A stretch of 64,000 nucleotides of DNA, from the NCBI RefSeq assembly GCF_013149785.1, contig NZ_JABEZU010000002.1:124001-188000 (forward strand). The letters run 5' to 3'. Shown here one piece after another: positions 19,284 through 28,835 of this stretch. The notes under the pieces were generated by a model. It was not told the DNA's origin and made no database searches. It saw only the letters and a program-made list of their open reading frames with translations. A program made the position numbers and the translations under genes. The number at the start of each line of letters is the position of its first letter. Position 1 is the first letter of the stretch. The DNA comes from Isoptericola halotolerans. Lineage in GTDB: Bacteria; Actinomycetota; Actinomycetes; Actinomycetales; Cellulomonadaceae.

Positions 19284-20039
19284 ATGCCATGGAGCACCCG
19301 AGAGCTCGCCGAGCGCGCGGGCACGACGGTGAACACCATCCGCCACTACCACCGCACCGGGCTCCTCGAGGAGCCCGAGCGCCGGTACAACGGCTACAAG
19401 CAGTACGACGTGCAGCACCTGGTGACCCTGCTCCGCATCCGGCGACTCGCCAGTCTCGGTGTGCCGCTCGCCCAGATCGGTGACGTCAGCGCCCGGGCCG
19501 ACAGCACCCCGGAGGTGCTGCGCGCTCTCGACACGGAGCTCCAGCAGGGCATCGCTCGGCTGGAGAAGGCGCGGGCGGACCTCGCAGTCATCCTGCGCGA
19601 CGACGCGCCCGCCGACATCCCGGCCGGCTTCGAGTCGGTGGCGGCCCGGCTCTCGGAGGCGGACCGGTCCATCGTCCACATCTACACCCAGCTCTACGAC
19701 GAGTCGGCGCTGTCCGACATCCAGAAGCTCGTCGAGGCGGACACCGACGGCGTCGGTGCCGAGCTCGACGAGCTGCCCGCCGACGCCGACGAGGACACCC
19801 GGCGCCGGCTGGTGGACAGGCTGGCCGCGACCATCGTGCGCAACAACCGCGACTTCCCGTGGCTGACCGATCCGGCGGCGCACCTGGCCAAGGACCCGTC
19901 GTTCACCGCGCAGACGATGGCCGACGCCCTGAACGACCTGTACAACCCGGCGCAGCTCGATGTCATCGAGCGCGCCCACACCCTGGCGGGCCAGCTCGAG
20001 CAGAACCCGCCCGAGCACGAGGTGAAGGACACCACATGA
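19284..20039 (+). CDS. MerR family transcriptional regulator (paralog 1)
   Basis: WSTRELAERAGTTVNTIRHYHRTGLLEEPERRYNGYKQY HTH; GAGGAG RBS. Confidence 0.93.
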   Translation: MPWSTRELAERAGTTVNTIRHYHRTGLLEEPERRYNGYKQYDVQHLVTLLRIRRLASLGVPLAQIGDVSARADSTPEVLRALDTELQQGIARLEKARADLAVILRDDAPADIPAGFESVAARLSEADRSIVHIYTQLYDESALSDIQKLVEADTDGVGAELDELPADADEDTRRRLVDRLAATIVRNNRDFPWLTDPAAHLAKDPSFTAQTMADALNDLYNPAQLDVIERAHTLAGQLEQNPPEHEVKDTT

Positions 20040-20779
20040 CGACTGAGCACCCGGACGACGCGCGGCCCGCGTCGGAGACCGCACCCGAGCCCGCCTCGCG
20101 GTCCACGGGCGGCGAGCCGACCCTGGCGGAGGACCTCCTGCTGCTGCTGTTCCAGCCCGGCTCGGGCACCATCGCCGGCGAGGGGACCTTGTACTACGTC
20201 CTGGCCGGCGCGGTCCTCGCCGACCTGGGCCTCGGCGAGCACGTGCAGACCTCGACGGGCCGGACGGGGTCGCTTCTCGTCGGAGCCGTCGGCGACCGGC
20301 CGCCCGCGGACCCGCTCCTGCGGACGAGCTGGGAGTACGTCGAGGGCAAGCCCCGCGGGGTGCAGACCGTCCTGGCAGCCACCGGCCCGTCGCTGCGCCA
20401 GCCGCTGCTGGACAGGCTGGTCGAACGGGGCGACCTGCGCCGGCGCACCCGCAAGACGCTCGGCCTGTTCACGTCGTCGGTCCTCGAGGAGGGCGACAGC
20501 GGCCGCAGGGCGCAGGTGCTCGGCGAGGTGCGCGCGGTGCTCGTCGACCGGGTCGAGCCGTCCCCGCGCACCGCCGCCCTCGCCGCCCTGCTCTACGGCA
20601 GCGGCACCATGCCCCAGCTCGACCGCGAGATCCCGTGGACCTCACCGGTGATCGCTCGCGCCGAGGAGCTCACGGAGGGCAGCTGGGGAGCGGAGGCCGC
20701 CGCCAAGGCGGTCACCCGCACGGTCACCGCGGTCATCGTCAACAGCGTCGTTGCCGCCGCGGCCGCCCTGCCGCGCTGA
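20036..20779 (+). CDS. GPP34/GOLPH3-like protein
   Basis: TLAEDLLLLLF, LAGAVLADL, DPLL, PRTAALAALL; ATGA-coupled to merR. Confidence 0.82.
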   Translation: MTTEHPDDARPASETAPEPASRSTGGEPTLAEDLLLLLFQPGSGTIAGEGTLYYVLAGAVLADLGLGEHVQTSTGRTGSLLVGAVGDRPPADPLLRTSWEYVEGKPRGVQTVLAATGPSLRQPLLDRLVERGDLRRRTRKTLGLFTSSVLEEGDSGRRAQVLGEVRAVLVDRVEPSPRTAALAALLYGSGTMPQLDREIPWTSPVIARAEELTEGSWGAEAAAKAVTRTVTAVIVNSVVAAAAALPR

Positions 20780-20787
20780 CAGTGCCG

Positions 20788-20845
20788 CCGAGCATGCCCT
20801 GACGGCCCGTCCGGTCCTCCGGACGGGCCGTCAGGGCATGCTCGG
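20788..20845. terminator. Perfect 27-bp inverted repeat between convergent genes
   Basis: CCGAGCATGCCCTGACGGCCCGTCCGG-TCCT-CCGGACGGGCCGTCAGGGCATGCTCGG. Confidence 0.85.
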
Positions 20846-20863
20846 CCATCAGGTCCGGGACGC

Positions 20864-21634
20864 TCAGTTGAGCGGGGGAGTGTCGGCAGGGACGACCCCG
20901 TCGGCGTAGAGGTCCGTGGCCAGGTCACGCAGCGCCCGCAGGGCGACCCGCTGCGTGAGCGGCCCGTAGGAGACGCGGGCGACGCCCAGCTCCTCGTACT
21001 CGGCCGCGGTCAGTGCCCCGGGCACGCCGATGACGCTGAGCCGACGCGGGCCGAGCCCGGCGACGAGGTGCTGGGTCGACTCACGGTCGAGCTTGCCGGG
21101 CACGAAGACGAGGCTCGCGCCGGCGTCGAGGAACGCCCGACCGCGTTCGACGGCGTCGTCGAGGCTCTCGGACAGCGGACGGTCGCCACCGCGCACCAGC
21201 GCGTCCGTGCGCGCGTTGAGCTGGAACGGGACGCCCTCCTGCTCGGCGACCCGCACGATGGCCTCGACGTTCGCCACCGCCTCGGTCAGCGGCACGAGGC
21301 GGTCCTCGACGTTCGCGCCGACGACACCGACGCCGATCGCGCGACGGACCGACTCGCCCGGGTCGCCGAACCCCGCGTCGAGGTCGGCGGTCACCGGCAG
21401 GTCGGTCGCCTCCACGATCCGCGCCACGGCGGACAGCGCGATGTCGAAGGGGATCTCCCCGTCCGCGAACCCGTGGCTCGCGGCGATGGAGTGCCCGGCG
21501 GTGGCGATCGCGCGCGTACCGGGCAGGTCGGCGACCGTGCGGGTACTGATCGCGTCCCAGACGTTCACGACGCGGAGGATCTCGGGGGCTTCGTGGAGCG
21601 CCTTCAGCGCTTCGGCCTTCGTCAGGGTGCTCAT
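20864..21634 (-). CDS. Isocitrate lyase/PEP mutase family protein
   Basis: VNVWDAIS, PVTADLDAGFG, GANVED, LNARTD, RGRAFLDAGA, ARVSYGP; start MSTLTKA. Confidence 0.9.
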   Translation of the reverse strand: MSTLTKAEALKALHEAPEILRVVNVWDAISTRTVADLPGTRAIATAGHSIAASHGFADGEIPFDIALSAVARIVEATDLPVTADLDAGFGDPGESVRRAIGVGVVGANVEDRLVPLTEAVANVEAIVRVAEQEGVPFQLNARTDALVRGGDRPLSESLDDAVERGRAFLDAGASLVFVPGKLDRESTQHLVAGLGPRRLSVIGVPGALTAAEYEELGVARVSYGPLTQRVALRALRDLATDLYADGVVPADTPPLN

Positions 21635-21659
21635 GGCGACGACGCTACAGCGGCCGCGC

Positions 21660-21690
21660 TTGACCGTGTCCCCGGAACACGCGGTGTGCT
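21660..21690 (+). promoter_or_regulatory. MerR-type promoter/operator copy 3 (upstream of the TAP-like hydrolase)
   Basis: TTGACCGTGT-CCCCGGA-ACACGC-GG-TGTGCT. Confidence 0.8.
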
Positions 21691-21766
21691 CCTGCCGTGG
21701 GCGGCCGTGCGTGCCGGTGCGGACCGCGCCGCCACCCGCTGCCCTCGACACCTCAAGGAGAAGACG

Positions 21767-23536
21767 ATGTCCCAGCAGACCTCCTCCCCGCCGGGAACCC
21801 GGCGCTCCCGGCGCAGAGCACCGCTCGTCGCCGTCGCCGTCGGAGCTGCCGTCGTCGTCGCGACGGTGGCGACCGTGCCGTGGCCCGACGGCGGCGCCGA
21901 CGGTGCCGCCGGTGCCCCGCCGGTTCCCGACGTCGCGGCGCTGGCGGGGCCCCTCGCCGACCAGGAGCTGGTCTGGGAGGCCTGCGAGTTCAGCGAGGAC
22001 GGTCCCCCCGTCCCGGGCGCCGACGTGTCGAACGTCGAGTGCGCGACCGTCACCGTGCCGCGCGACTGGCTGGACCCCGACCCGGAGCTCACGTGGGAGG
22101 TGCGCATCTCGCACGCCCAGAACATCAGCACCTCGGACCCCGACCACCACACCACGGTCATGGCCCATCCCGGTGGACCGTACGCCTCGGGGCTGTCCTT
22201 CAGCACGGCGGTCCAGCTGTACACCCCGGAGCTGCGGCCGACGACGAACTACGTCAGCTTCGACCAGCGCGGTCTCGGGCAGTCCAGCCAGGTGGGGTGC
22301 GACTACGAGTACGACCCGGCCGGAGGCCCCGCCGCCGCGGCACAGGCGATCGGCGACGCCTGCTCGCAGGACCCCGACGTCGCGACGATGACGACCGAGC
22401 AGACCGCCTACGACATGGACTTCATCCGCCACCTCCTGGGGCTGGAGCAGGTCACCTACGTGGGCTACTCCTACGGCACCTGGTTGGGGACCTGGTACGG
22501 CAACCTGTTCGCCGCCCACATCGAGCGGATGGTCCTCGACTCCGCCACCGACTCGACCCAGAGGTCGATCCAGACGAACTACGACGCGGCCCACGAGGGT
22601 CGGGACCGCCAGTTCCGGCTGCACCTGATGAACTGGATCGCGCGCAACGACGCGACCGTCGGGCTGGGCTCGGACCCGGAAGCGATCTGGGAACGGTACT
22701 TCGCGGCCACGGGCGGGCCCGAGAAGGCGCTCGCGGCGCAGCACGCCTGGAACGCCGCCCGTGGTTCGGTGGCCTTCTCGAGCCCTGCGTTCTACCCGAT
22801 CGCCGGAAGCCTCGTGGCCAGCATCATCACCGAGGCCGAGGCGTCGACAGAGTCGGTCGACCCGCTCGAGCTGGCTGGTCGCATCGTCGACGGCACCGAC
22901 CTGCCGGAGGAGCTGCGCGCGGGTGCGGACGCGGGGCTCGCGCTGCTGAGGGACACCCCGGAGACCGAGCCCGGCGAGCTCGTCCAGGGCACGCACGACT
23001 ACGTCATCGAGTTCACCGCCTGCACGGACGGGCAGTGGGACCAGGGCCTCGAGCACTGGGACGGGTTCCACGAGCGCACCGCGCCGAGCGCACCCCTCAC
23101 GGAGCAGCTCGGCCTGCTCGTCACGCCGACGTGCGCGTTCTGGCCCACGGACTCGGAGATGCCGACCGCGGACGAGCACTTCCCGGAGACCCTCGTGCTG
23201 CAGAGCGAGCTCGACTCGATGACGCCCTACGAGCAGGGTTGGGCCGCGGGTACCGGTCTGCCGAACACCAGCCTGATCGTCGTCGACAACGAGAGCATCC
23301 ATGGTGTCTTCCCCTACGGCACCGAGGAGGTGGACCAGCCCGTGATCGACTTCCTGCTCGGTGGCGACCGGCCGGACCGGACGGTCGTCGCGGCCGGCAA
23401 GCCGTTGCCGCTGGAGGACGTGACGTACGAGTCGTGGTCGCCGATCGACGCGGACGGCGAGCACGACGACGTCCCGCTGTTCACGGACCCGACCATCCCC
23501 GCCGAGACGGGCATCCTGTCGGAGCCGAGCCCCTGA
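21767..23536 (+). CDS. Secreted TAP-like alpha/beta hydrolase (tripeptidyl aminopeptidase family)
   Basis: N-terminal signal/TM segment; ECATVTVPRDW, HPGGP, FDQRGLG, GYSYG, DSMTPY, HG; AAGGAG RBS. Confidence 0.88.
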   Translation: MSQQTSSPPGTRRSRRRAPLVAVAVGAAVVVATVATVPWPDGGADGAAGAPPVPDVAALAGPLADQELVWEACEFSEDGPPVPGADVSNVECATVTVPRDWLDPDPELTWEVRISHAQNISTSDPDHHTTVMAHPGGPYASGLSFSTAVQLYTPELRPTTNYVSFDQRGLGQSSQVGCDYEYDPAGGPAAAAQAIGDACSQDPDVATMTTEQTAYDMDFIRHLLGLEQVTYVGYSYGTWLGTWYGNLFAAHIERMVLDSATDSTQRSIQTNYDAAHEGRDRQFRLHLMNWIARNDATVGLGSDPEAIWERYFAATGGPEKALAAQHAWNAARGSVAFSSPAFYPIAGSLVASIITEAEASTESVDPLELAGRIVDGTDLPEELRAGADAGLALLRDTPETEPGELVQGTHDYVIEFTACTDGQWDQGLEHWDGFHERTAPSAPLTEQLGLLVTPTCAFWPTDSEMPTADEHFPETLVLQSELDSMTPYEQGWAAGTGLPNTSLIVVDNESIHGVFPYGTEEVDQPVIDFLLGGDRPDRTVVAAGKPLPLEDVTYESWSPIDADGEHDDVPLFTDPTIPAETGILSEPSP

Positions 23537-23569
23537 CGAGCGGATGCACGGGGCCGGCCCGCACGAGAG

Positions 23570-24298
23570 TCAGTCGGCGGGCCGGCCCCCGACGACGGCG
23601 GCCACGGCGTCCAGGATGACGTCCGCGACGGGATCCGGCCGCGAGACCTCCAGCGCGTGCGACCCGTCCCAGATCACCCGGCGCACGACGGCCCCGGCCC
23701 GGTCGGCCATGAGCTGCAGCGCCGCTGTGGGGATGTTCCGGTCCGCGTCGCCGTAGACGAACCAGCTCGGACGGGTCCGCCATGCGGGGACGGCGCTCAC
23801 GAGGACGTCCGTCAGTGCGCTCTCGGCCACCGGGCGTTGCGCGGCGCTCATCGCGGCGGCGAGCGGCGCCGGCACGTCGGCCGCGAGCTGCGCGGCGAAC
23901 GCCTCGCGCCGCACGACGAGCTCCCTCCCGCTCGCGCGGACCGGGTAGCCCGCGACGGTGTCACGGAGCGTGCTCCCCGGGAACCGGCGGGAGAGCTCGT
24001 CGGCGCTCTCGCCATGATCCGGAGCGAAGGCCGACACGTAGACCAGCGCGGTGACGGCGTCGCGCGTGCCCGCCTCGGTGATCACCATCCCGCCGTAGCA
24101 GTGCCCGACGAGGACGATCTCTCCCGGGACCGCGTCCAGGACGTCCGACAGGTAGCGCGCGTCGTCGGCGAGGCCGCGCAGCGGGTTCGCCACGGCGACC
24201 ACCGGCACGTCGTCCTCGTCCAGCCGGGCGATGACCTCGTTCCAGCTCGACGAGTCGGCGAACGCTCCGTGGACCAGCACGACGGTCGGTGTGGGCAC
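23570..24298 (-). CDS. Alpha/beta hydrolase with Cys at the nucleophile elbow
   Basis: VVLVHGAFADSSSW, ANPLRGL, GHCYGG (normally GHSYGG), DRNIP, GSH. Confidence 0.85.
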   Translation of the reverse strand: MPTPTVVLVHGAFADSSSWNEVIARLDEDDVPVVAVANPLRGLADDARYLSDVLDAVPGEIVLVGHCYGGMVITEAGTRDAVTALVYVSAFAPDHGESADELSRRFPGSTLRDTVAGYPVRASGRELVVRREAFAAQLAADVPAPLAAAMSAAQRPVAESALTDVLVSAVPAWRTRPSWFVYGDADRNIPTAALQLMADRAGAVVRRVIWDGSHALEVSRPDPVADVILDAVAAVVGGRPAD

Positions 24299-24350
24299 GA
24301 TGCTCCTCCGGTCCGGGGCGCACCGGGGGTGTGGCGCACCTCACACATCC

Positions 24351-24381
24351 AGCCAACGGTGTGTGCCGACCACAGAGTCAA
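24351..24381 (-). promoter_or_regulatory. MerR-type promoter/operator copy 4 (upstream of the 24298 hydrolase)
   Basis: Minus strand TTGACTCTGT-GGTCGGC-ACACAC-CG-TTGGCT. Confidence 0.72.
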
Positions 24382-24414
24382 GGCCCGCATGCCGGTCGAG
24401 GTCCGGGCAGCGCC

Positions 24415-27159
24415 TCAGAGCAGCTCCCGGAGCTGGCGACGGGACGTGATGCCGAGCTTGCGGTAGATGTTGCGCAGGTGGGTCTCGATCGTGCGAGGGC
24501 TCAGGAACAGACCGGCGGCGACCTCTCGTGAGGTCGCCCCGGCCGCCACGAGGCGTGCGATGTGACGTTCGTGGTCGGTCAGCGCCGTGGACGCTCCGAC
24601 GCCGTGTGCGCGCGGATGCTCCCCGGTCGCCCGGAGCTCCCGCGCGGCTCGCTCGGCGAACGCCTCGGCCCCCATGGCGACGAAGGACTCGTGCGCGATG
24701 CGGAGCTGCTCGCGCGCCGCCTGCCGCAGGCCCCGGCGACGCAGCCACTCGCCGTGCAGGAGGTGGGCGCGCGCGAGGTGAGCGGCCATGCGGGTGGCGC
24801 CGAGCTGGTCGATCGCCTCGCGGTAGTGGTCCTCGGCGGCGTCGGCGTCGGCCGCGTCGTCGTCGACGAGGAGTGCCCGAGCCTGGGCGGCCAGGCCCCG
24901 CGCCAGTGGCGTCCCGCACGCGGAGGACAGGGCCGTGAGCTCGTGCGACGCGGAAGAGGCGTCGCTGCGCCGTCCTCCACGGACGGCCCCTTCGACCAGC
25001 TCGTGGAGCGCCAGGCTGCGGACGAAGAGCTCGGGTGACCGGCTCGCGCGCAGCGCGGCGTCGGCGGCGCCGGCGTAGTCACCGCTCGCGTTGCGGGACA
25101 CGGCGAGGGCGTACTGCGCGACGCCGCCGGCCGCACCGGCGTCGTCGGCGACGGACGTCGCGGAGAGCCGCACGACGTCGTCCTCCTGCCCGCGCCACGC
25201 GGAGAGGAGCAGGTCCGCGGAGGCCAGGGGCACGACGCCGGTGGCCCGGGCGACAGCCCTGCTCTCGGCGGCGAGGTCCGCGGACCGCGCGAAGTCGCCC
25301 GTGAGGACCAGCACGCACGCGAGATGGACCAGCGCCGGGGGGAGGGCGGTCAGGGATCCGGAGCCACGGACGCGTTCGACGTTGCGGCACAGGAGGCTGT
25401 GGGTCGTCTCGTCGTCCAGCACCGCGCCGGCGGTGCGGGCCGCGAGCACCAGCCATCGTCCGGTGCGCTCGTGCAGCGGACCCTCGCCGCTCGGGTCGTA
25501 CCGCCGGAAGGTCACCACAGCACGGCCGATCTCGGGGACGGCGTCCGCGAGTCCTCGCGTGTACGCGCTGACCAGCGCGTCCAGGAGAAGATCTGCCGGC
25601 TCGGGCGGGCCGAGCGGGGCCGGAGCGTGCTCCGCGGCCGACGCGACCTCCTGGACGCCCATGCGACCGGGAGCGGCACCGAGGACGACCGCACTGTTCA
25701 ACGCGACCAGGAAGGCCTCACGCGACCGGGTGGGGTCGAGGGGCGCGAGCATCTTCGCGGCGTCGACGAGCCGAGCCGGCGCCCCGTCCCCGGAGGTCGT
25801 GTCGAAGTCGATCATCGCCCGGTACAGGCGGACCCGTGCTCGCTCGAGGTCGTCGAGCGTGCCTGCCTCGGCGACGGCCAGCAGACGCGTCGCCTCGTCC
25901 GGGGCGCCTGCCTCGTGCATGGCCTGCGCAGCCAGGAGAGCGCGTCCTGCCCGGGCACGGGGGTCGGGGGTGAGCTCGGTGGCCCGTTCCAGCAGCGCCG
26001 CAGCGTCCGCGAAGCCGCCGCGGGCGATCGCCCGTTCGGCCGCGGCGACCGACTCGACCGCGACCTCCTCGTCGGTCCCGAGGATCGCGTTCGCACGATG
26101 CCACGCCCGACGATCGGGGTCGGTCCGGGCGTCGAGGGCGCGCGCGAGGACGTCGTGGACCCGCCGTCGGTCGGCCGGGCGGGCCACGCCGTAGATCGCG
26201 GACCGGGCGAGGGGGTGCGGGAAGCGCACGGTCGTGCCGATCTCCAGCAGGCCGGCCTCCTCCGCCGCAGCGGCGGCGTCGGGCCGGATGCCGAGGTGCG
26301 AGGCTGCTGCCCAGAGCAGCGCCGGGTCGCCCGTCGGCTCCGCGGTGGCGATCAGCAGGAGGTGCCGGGTGTCCTGCGGCAGTCCCGCGTACCTCTCGCG
26401 ATAGGCCTCCTCGACGCGGCGAGGTGCCGTCACGGGCACCGCCAGCCCGCCCGCCAGCTGTGTCGCGCTGGTGGCGCGGGGAAGCTCGAGCAGCGCGAGA
26501 GGGTTGCCCCGCGCCTCGGCGACCACACGGTCTCTCAGCACGTCCTCGATCGGCGTGCTGACCGTCGACTCCAGCAGTGCTCTGGCATCGGCGTCCCCCA
26601 GCCCGGTCAGGCTGACGGATCGGATGCCGGCGAGGTACGACCCTCGCTCGTCGGTGAGCTCGCGGGAGGCGACGATCAGCGCCAGCCGGTCCGCGGCGAG
26701 GCGCCGTACCACGAAGGCGACGACCTGCGTCGAGGCGGCGTCGAGCAGGGCGGCGTCGTCGACGAGGCAGAGCAGCGGCCGCTGCTCCGCGCTCTCGGAG
26801 AGCAGCGAGAGGGTGGCCAGCCCGACGAGGAACAGGTCCGGGGGTGGTCCTGACCCCCTGCCCAGGGCGACGTCCAGGGCGCCCCGCTGGGGATCGGGAA
26901 GCGCATCGACATGCTCCAAGAGTGGTGCGCACAGCTGGTGGAGACCGGCGAACGCCAGCTGCTGCTCGGACGCGTTCCCGACGACGCGCACCACGGTGAA
27001 GCCCGCCCGTGCGGCGACGTCGGCGGCGTGGTCGAGCAGGGCCGTCTTGCCGATGCCCGCCTCGCCCAGCACGACGAGCGCTCCGCTGCGTCCGGCGCGG
27101 GCATCGGCCAGGATCTCGTCGACCGTCTCACGTTCCGACCGCCGTCCGAAGAGGTGCAC
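24415..27159 (-). CDS. LAL-type large ATP-binding LuxR family regulator
   Basis: LFGR..E, GEAGIGKT Walker A, LCLVDD, GNPLAL, C-terminal HTH LFLSPRTIETHLRNIYRKLGITSR; GGAGG RBS before GTG 27159. Confidence 0.92.
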   Translation of the reverse strand: MHLFGRRSERETVDEILADARAGRSGALVVLGEAGIGKTALLDHAADVAARAGFTVVRVVGNASEQQLAFAGLHQLCAPLLEHVDALPDPQRGALDVALGRGSGPPPDLFLVGLATLSLLSESAEQRPLLCLVDDAALLDAASTQVVAFVVRRLAADRLALIVASRELTDERGSYLAGIRSVSLTGLGDADARALLESTVSTPIEDVLRDRVVAEARGNPLALLELPRATSATQLAGGLAVPVTAPRRVEEAYRERYAGLPQDTRHLLLIATAEPTGDPALLWAAASHLGIRPDAAAAAEEAGLLEIGTTVRFPHPLARSAIYGVARPADRRRVHDVLARALDARTDPDRRAWHRANAILGTDEEVAVESVAAAERAIARGGFADAAALLERATELTPDPRARAGRALLAAQAMHEAGAPDEATRLLAVAEAGTLDDLERARVRLYRAMIDFDTTSGDGAPARLVDAAKMLAPLDPTRSREAFLVALNSAVVLGAAPGRMGVQEVASAAEHAPAPLGPPEPADLLLDALVSAYTRGLADAVPEIGRAVVTFRRYDPSGEGPLHERTGRWLVLAARTAGAVLDDETTHSLLCRNVERVRGSGSLTALPPALVHLACVLVLTGDFARSADLAAESRAVARATGVVPLASADLLLSAWRGQEDDVVRLSATSVADDAGAAGGVAQYALAVSRNASGDYAGAADAALRASRSPELFVRSLALHELVEGAVRGGRRSDASSASHELTALSSACGTPLARGLAAQARALLVDDDAADADAAEDHYREAIDQLGATRMAAHLARAHLLHGEWLRRRGLRQAAREQLRIAHESFVAMGAEAFAERAARELRATGEHPRAHGVGASTALTDHERHIARLVAAGATSREVAAGLFLSPRTIETHLRNIYRKLGITSRRQLRELL

Positions 27160-27207
27160 CGTCCGTCCTCCCTCCGTCGCACGGCGTCGGACCGATGGCG
27201 AAAGGAC

Positions 27208-27219
27208 GACTACGTAGTC
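27208..27219. promoter_or_regulatory. Perfect 12-bp palindrome between the divergent LAL-LuxR and merR paralog 2 genes
   Basis: GACTACGTAGTC. Confidence 0.45.
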
Positions 27220-27344
27220 CTCACCGATGCCGAGCACGGGTGCTCGATGAGACGTTACCAACGAGGGCGGGCGGATCACCGCGCAGGGGGCGAAACTCAC
27301 CCGGCGGCGGGCGCCCCACCCTGTCGCCGAGCAAGGAGAACGTC

Positions 27345-28157
27345 ATGGTGTGGAGCACGCGGGAGCTGGCGGATCTCGCGGGGACGACCGTGAACACCGT
27401 CCGGCACTACCACGCGGTCGGGCTCCTCGATCTGCCGCAACGGCTGCACAACGGGTACAAGCAGTACCAGGTGAGCCACCTCGTGCGGCTGATCCGTCTG
27501 CGACGGCTGGCCGAGCTGGGTGTGCCGCTCGCACGGATCGAGGAGGTCGACACCCGTCAGCCGTCGGCCCTGCGCTCGGTGGACGCGGAGCTCGAGGCGG
27601 ACATCGAGCGCCTGCAGCGTGCCCGCTCGGACGTCGCCGCGATCCTGCGCGAGAACGCGCCGCCGGACACCCCGCACGGCTTCGAGGCGATCGCCGCCCG
27701 GATGTCGGGCGCAGACCGCTCGCTCGTCCACATCCTCGCCCGCCTGTCCGGGCCCGACGATCGTGCGCACCTGCTGGCCATGGTCGCCGCCGAGCCCGCC
27801 GAGGCACGGCGCCGGTTCGACGACCTGCTGCCGGACGCCACCGAGGCGACCCGTGAGAGCCTCGCCGCGCTCCTGGCGAGCAACGGTCCGCACTGGCGGA
27901 GTCCGGAGGCCGCGCCGCCCAGGGCCAGGGCGCCGCTCCAGACCGCCGTCGCCGAGCTCTACCGGCCTGTCCAGCGCGACGTCCTGCGTCGCGCGTCGTC
28001 CATGGTGAGCCGCTCAGGGGCGCCAGGCGTCGTCGACTCCTCCCGCGCGGAGCCGGCGACCGCTACGGTGTCGGCCCCTGGTGGTCCATCCAGAAGTCGA
28101 CGGCATCGGCACGCGGGTGAGCACTCGTCCGGCCGCCGACAGCACCGAGCGCCATGA
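27345..28157 (+). CDS. MerR family transcriptional regulator (paralog 2)
   Basis: WSTRELADLAGTTVNTVRHYHAVGLL...NGYKQY; aligns with paralog 1 to ELYRPVQRDVL, then a low-complexity tail; AAGGAG RBS. Confidence 0.9.
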   Translation: MVWSTRELADLAGTTVNTVRHYHAVGLLDLPQRLHNGYKQYQVSHLVRLIRLRRLAELGVPLARIEEVDTRQPSALRSVDAELEADIERLQRARSDVAAILRENAPPDTPHGFEAIAARMSGADRSLVHILARLSGPDDRAHLLAMVAAEPAEARRRFDDLLPDATEATRESLAALLASNGPHWRSPEAAPPRARAPLQTAVAELYRPVQRDVLRRASSMVSRSGAPGVVDSSRAEPATATVSAPGGPSRSRRHRHAGEHSSGRRQHRAP

Positions 28158-28300
28158 CCATCCCCGGTGCGTCCTGCACCGCGGGTCATGGCACGGGTCA
28201 TGACCTGGTCCGTCTGCGACGGCACGGACGACTCGAGGGCCTGTTCGGGGGTCTCGCCCGGGTACAGGTCGAGGTACGCGGGGGCCAGCGTTGCGTCGAC

Positions 28301-28331
28301 TTGACCCTGTGCCGGGAACACGGTCTTGAGT
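28301..28331 (+). promoter_or_regulatory. MerR-type promoter/operator copy 5 (upstream of AhpD-like-pirin)
   Basis: TTGACCCTGT-GCCGGGA-ACACGG-TC-TTGAGT; ATG follows 6 nt later (leaderless geometry). Confidence 0.8.
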
Positions 28332-28337
28332 CGTGCC

Positions 28338-28835
28338 ATGAGTGAGCTCGCCGAACGGTCCACGCGTCCGTTCATGGACAAGACCATGCCTGAGGTGTGG
28401 CGCGCCGTCGTGGCCTTCTCGGTGGTGACACGCGAGGCGGCCGAGCAGGGAGGGCTCCTCGCGCAGGAGTCCGAGCTGATCAAGGTGCGGGCGTCCCAGC
28501 TCAACGGCTGCTCGTTCTGCCTGGACCTCCACGGTCGGGAGGCGAGGCAGGCCGGCGTCCCGCAGCAGAAGCTGGACGTGCTGGCGAGCTGGCGAGAGAC
28601 CGGCGTGTTCGGCGACCGGGAACGGGCCGTGCTCGCCGTGGCCGAGGCGGCGACGGTCCTCCCGCTCGACGACAGGGCCGCTGCCGAGCTGTCCGGCGCC
28701 CGGGTCGTCCTCGGCGACGCGACGTTCGCGGCCGCCGAGTGGGTCGCCGTCGCGATCAACGCCTTCAACAGGGTCTCCGTCCTCAGCGGGCACCCGGTGA
28801 GGCCGCGCGATGCCGACGGAGGGCTCGTGCGATGA
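28338..28835 (+). CDS. Carboxymuconolactone decarboxylase / AhpD-like protein
   Basis: ELIKVRASQLNGCSFCLDLH (CxxC), ERAVLAVAE, INAFNR. Confidence 0.9.
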   Translation: MSELAERSTRPFMDKTMPEVWRAVVAFSVVTREAAEQGGLLAQESELIKVRASQLNGCSFCLDLHGREARQAGVPQQKLDVLASWRETGVFGDRERAVLAVAEAATVLPLDDRAAAELSGARVVLGDATFAAAEWVAVAINAFNRVSVLSGHPVRPRDADGGLVR

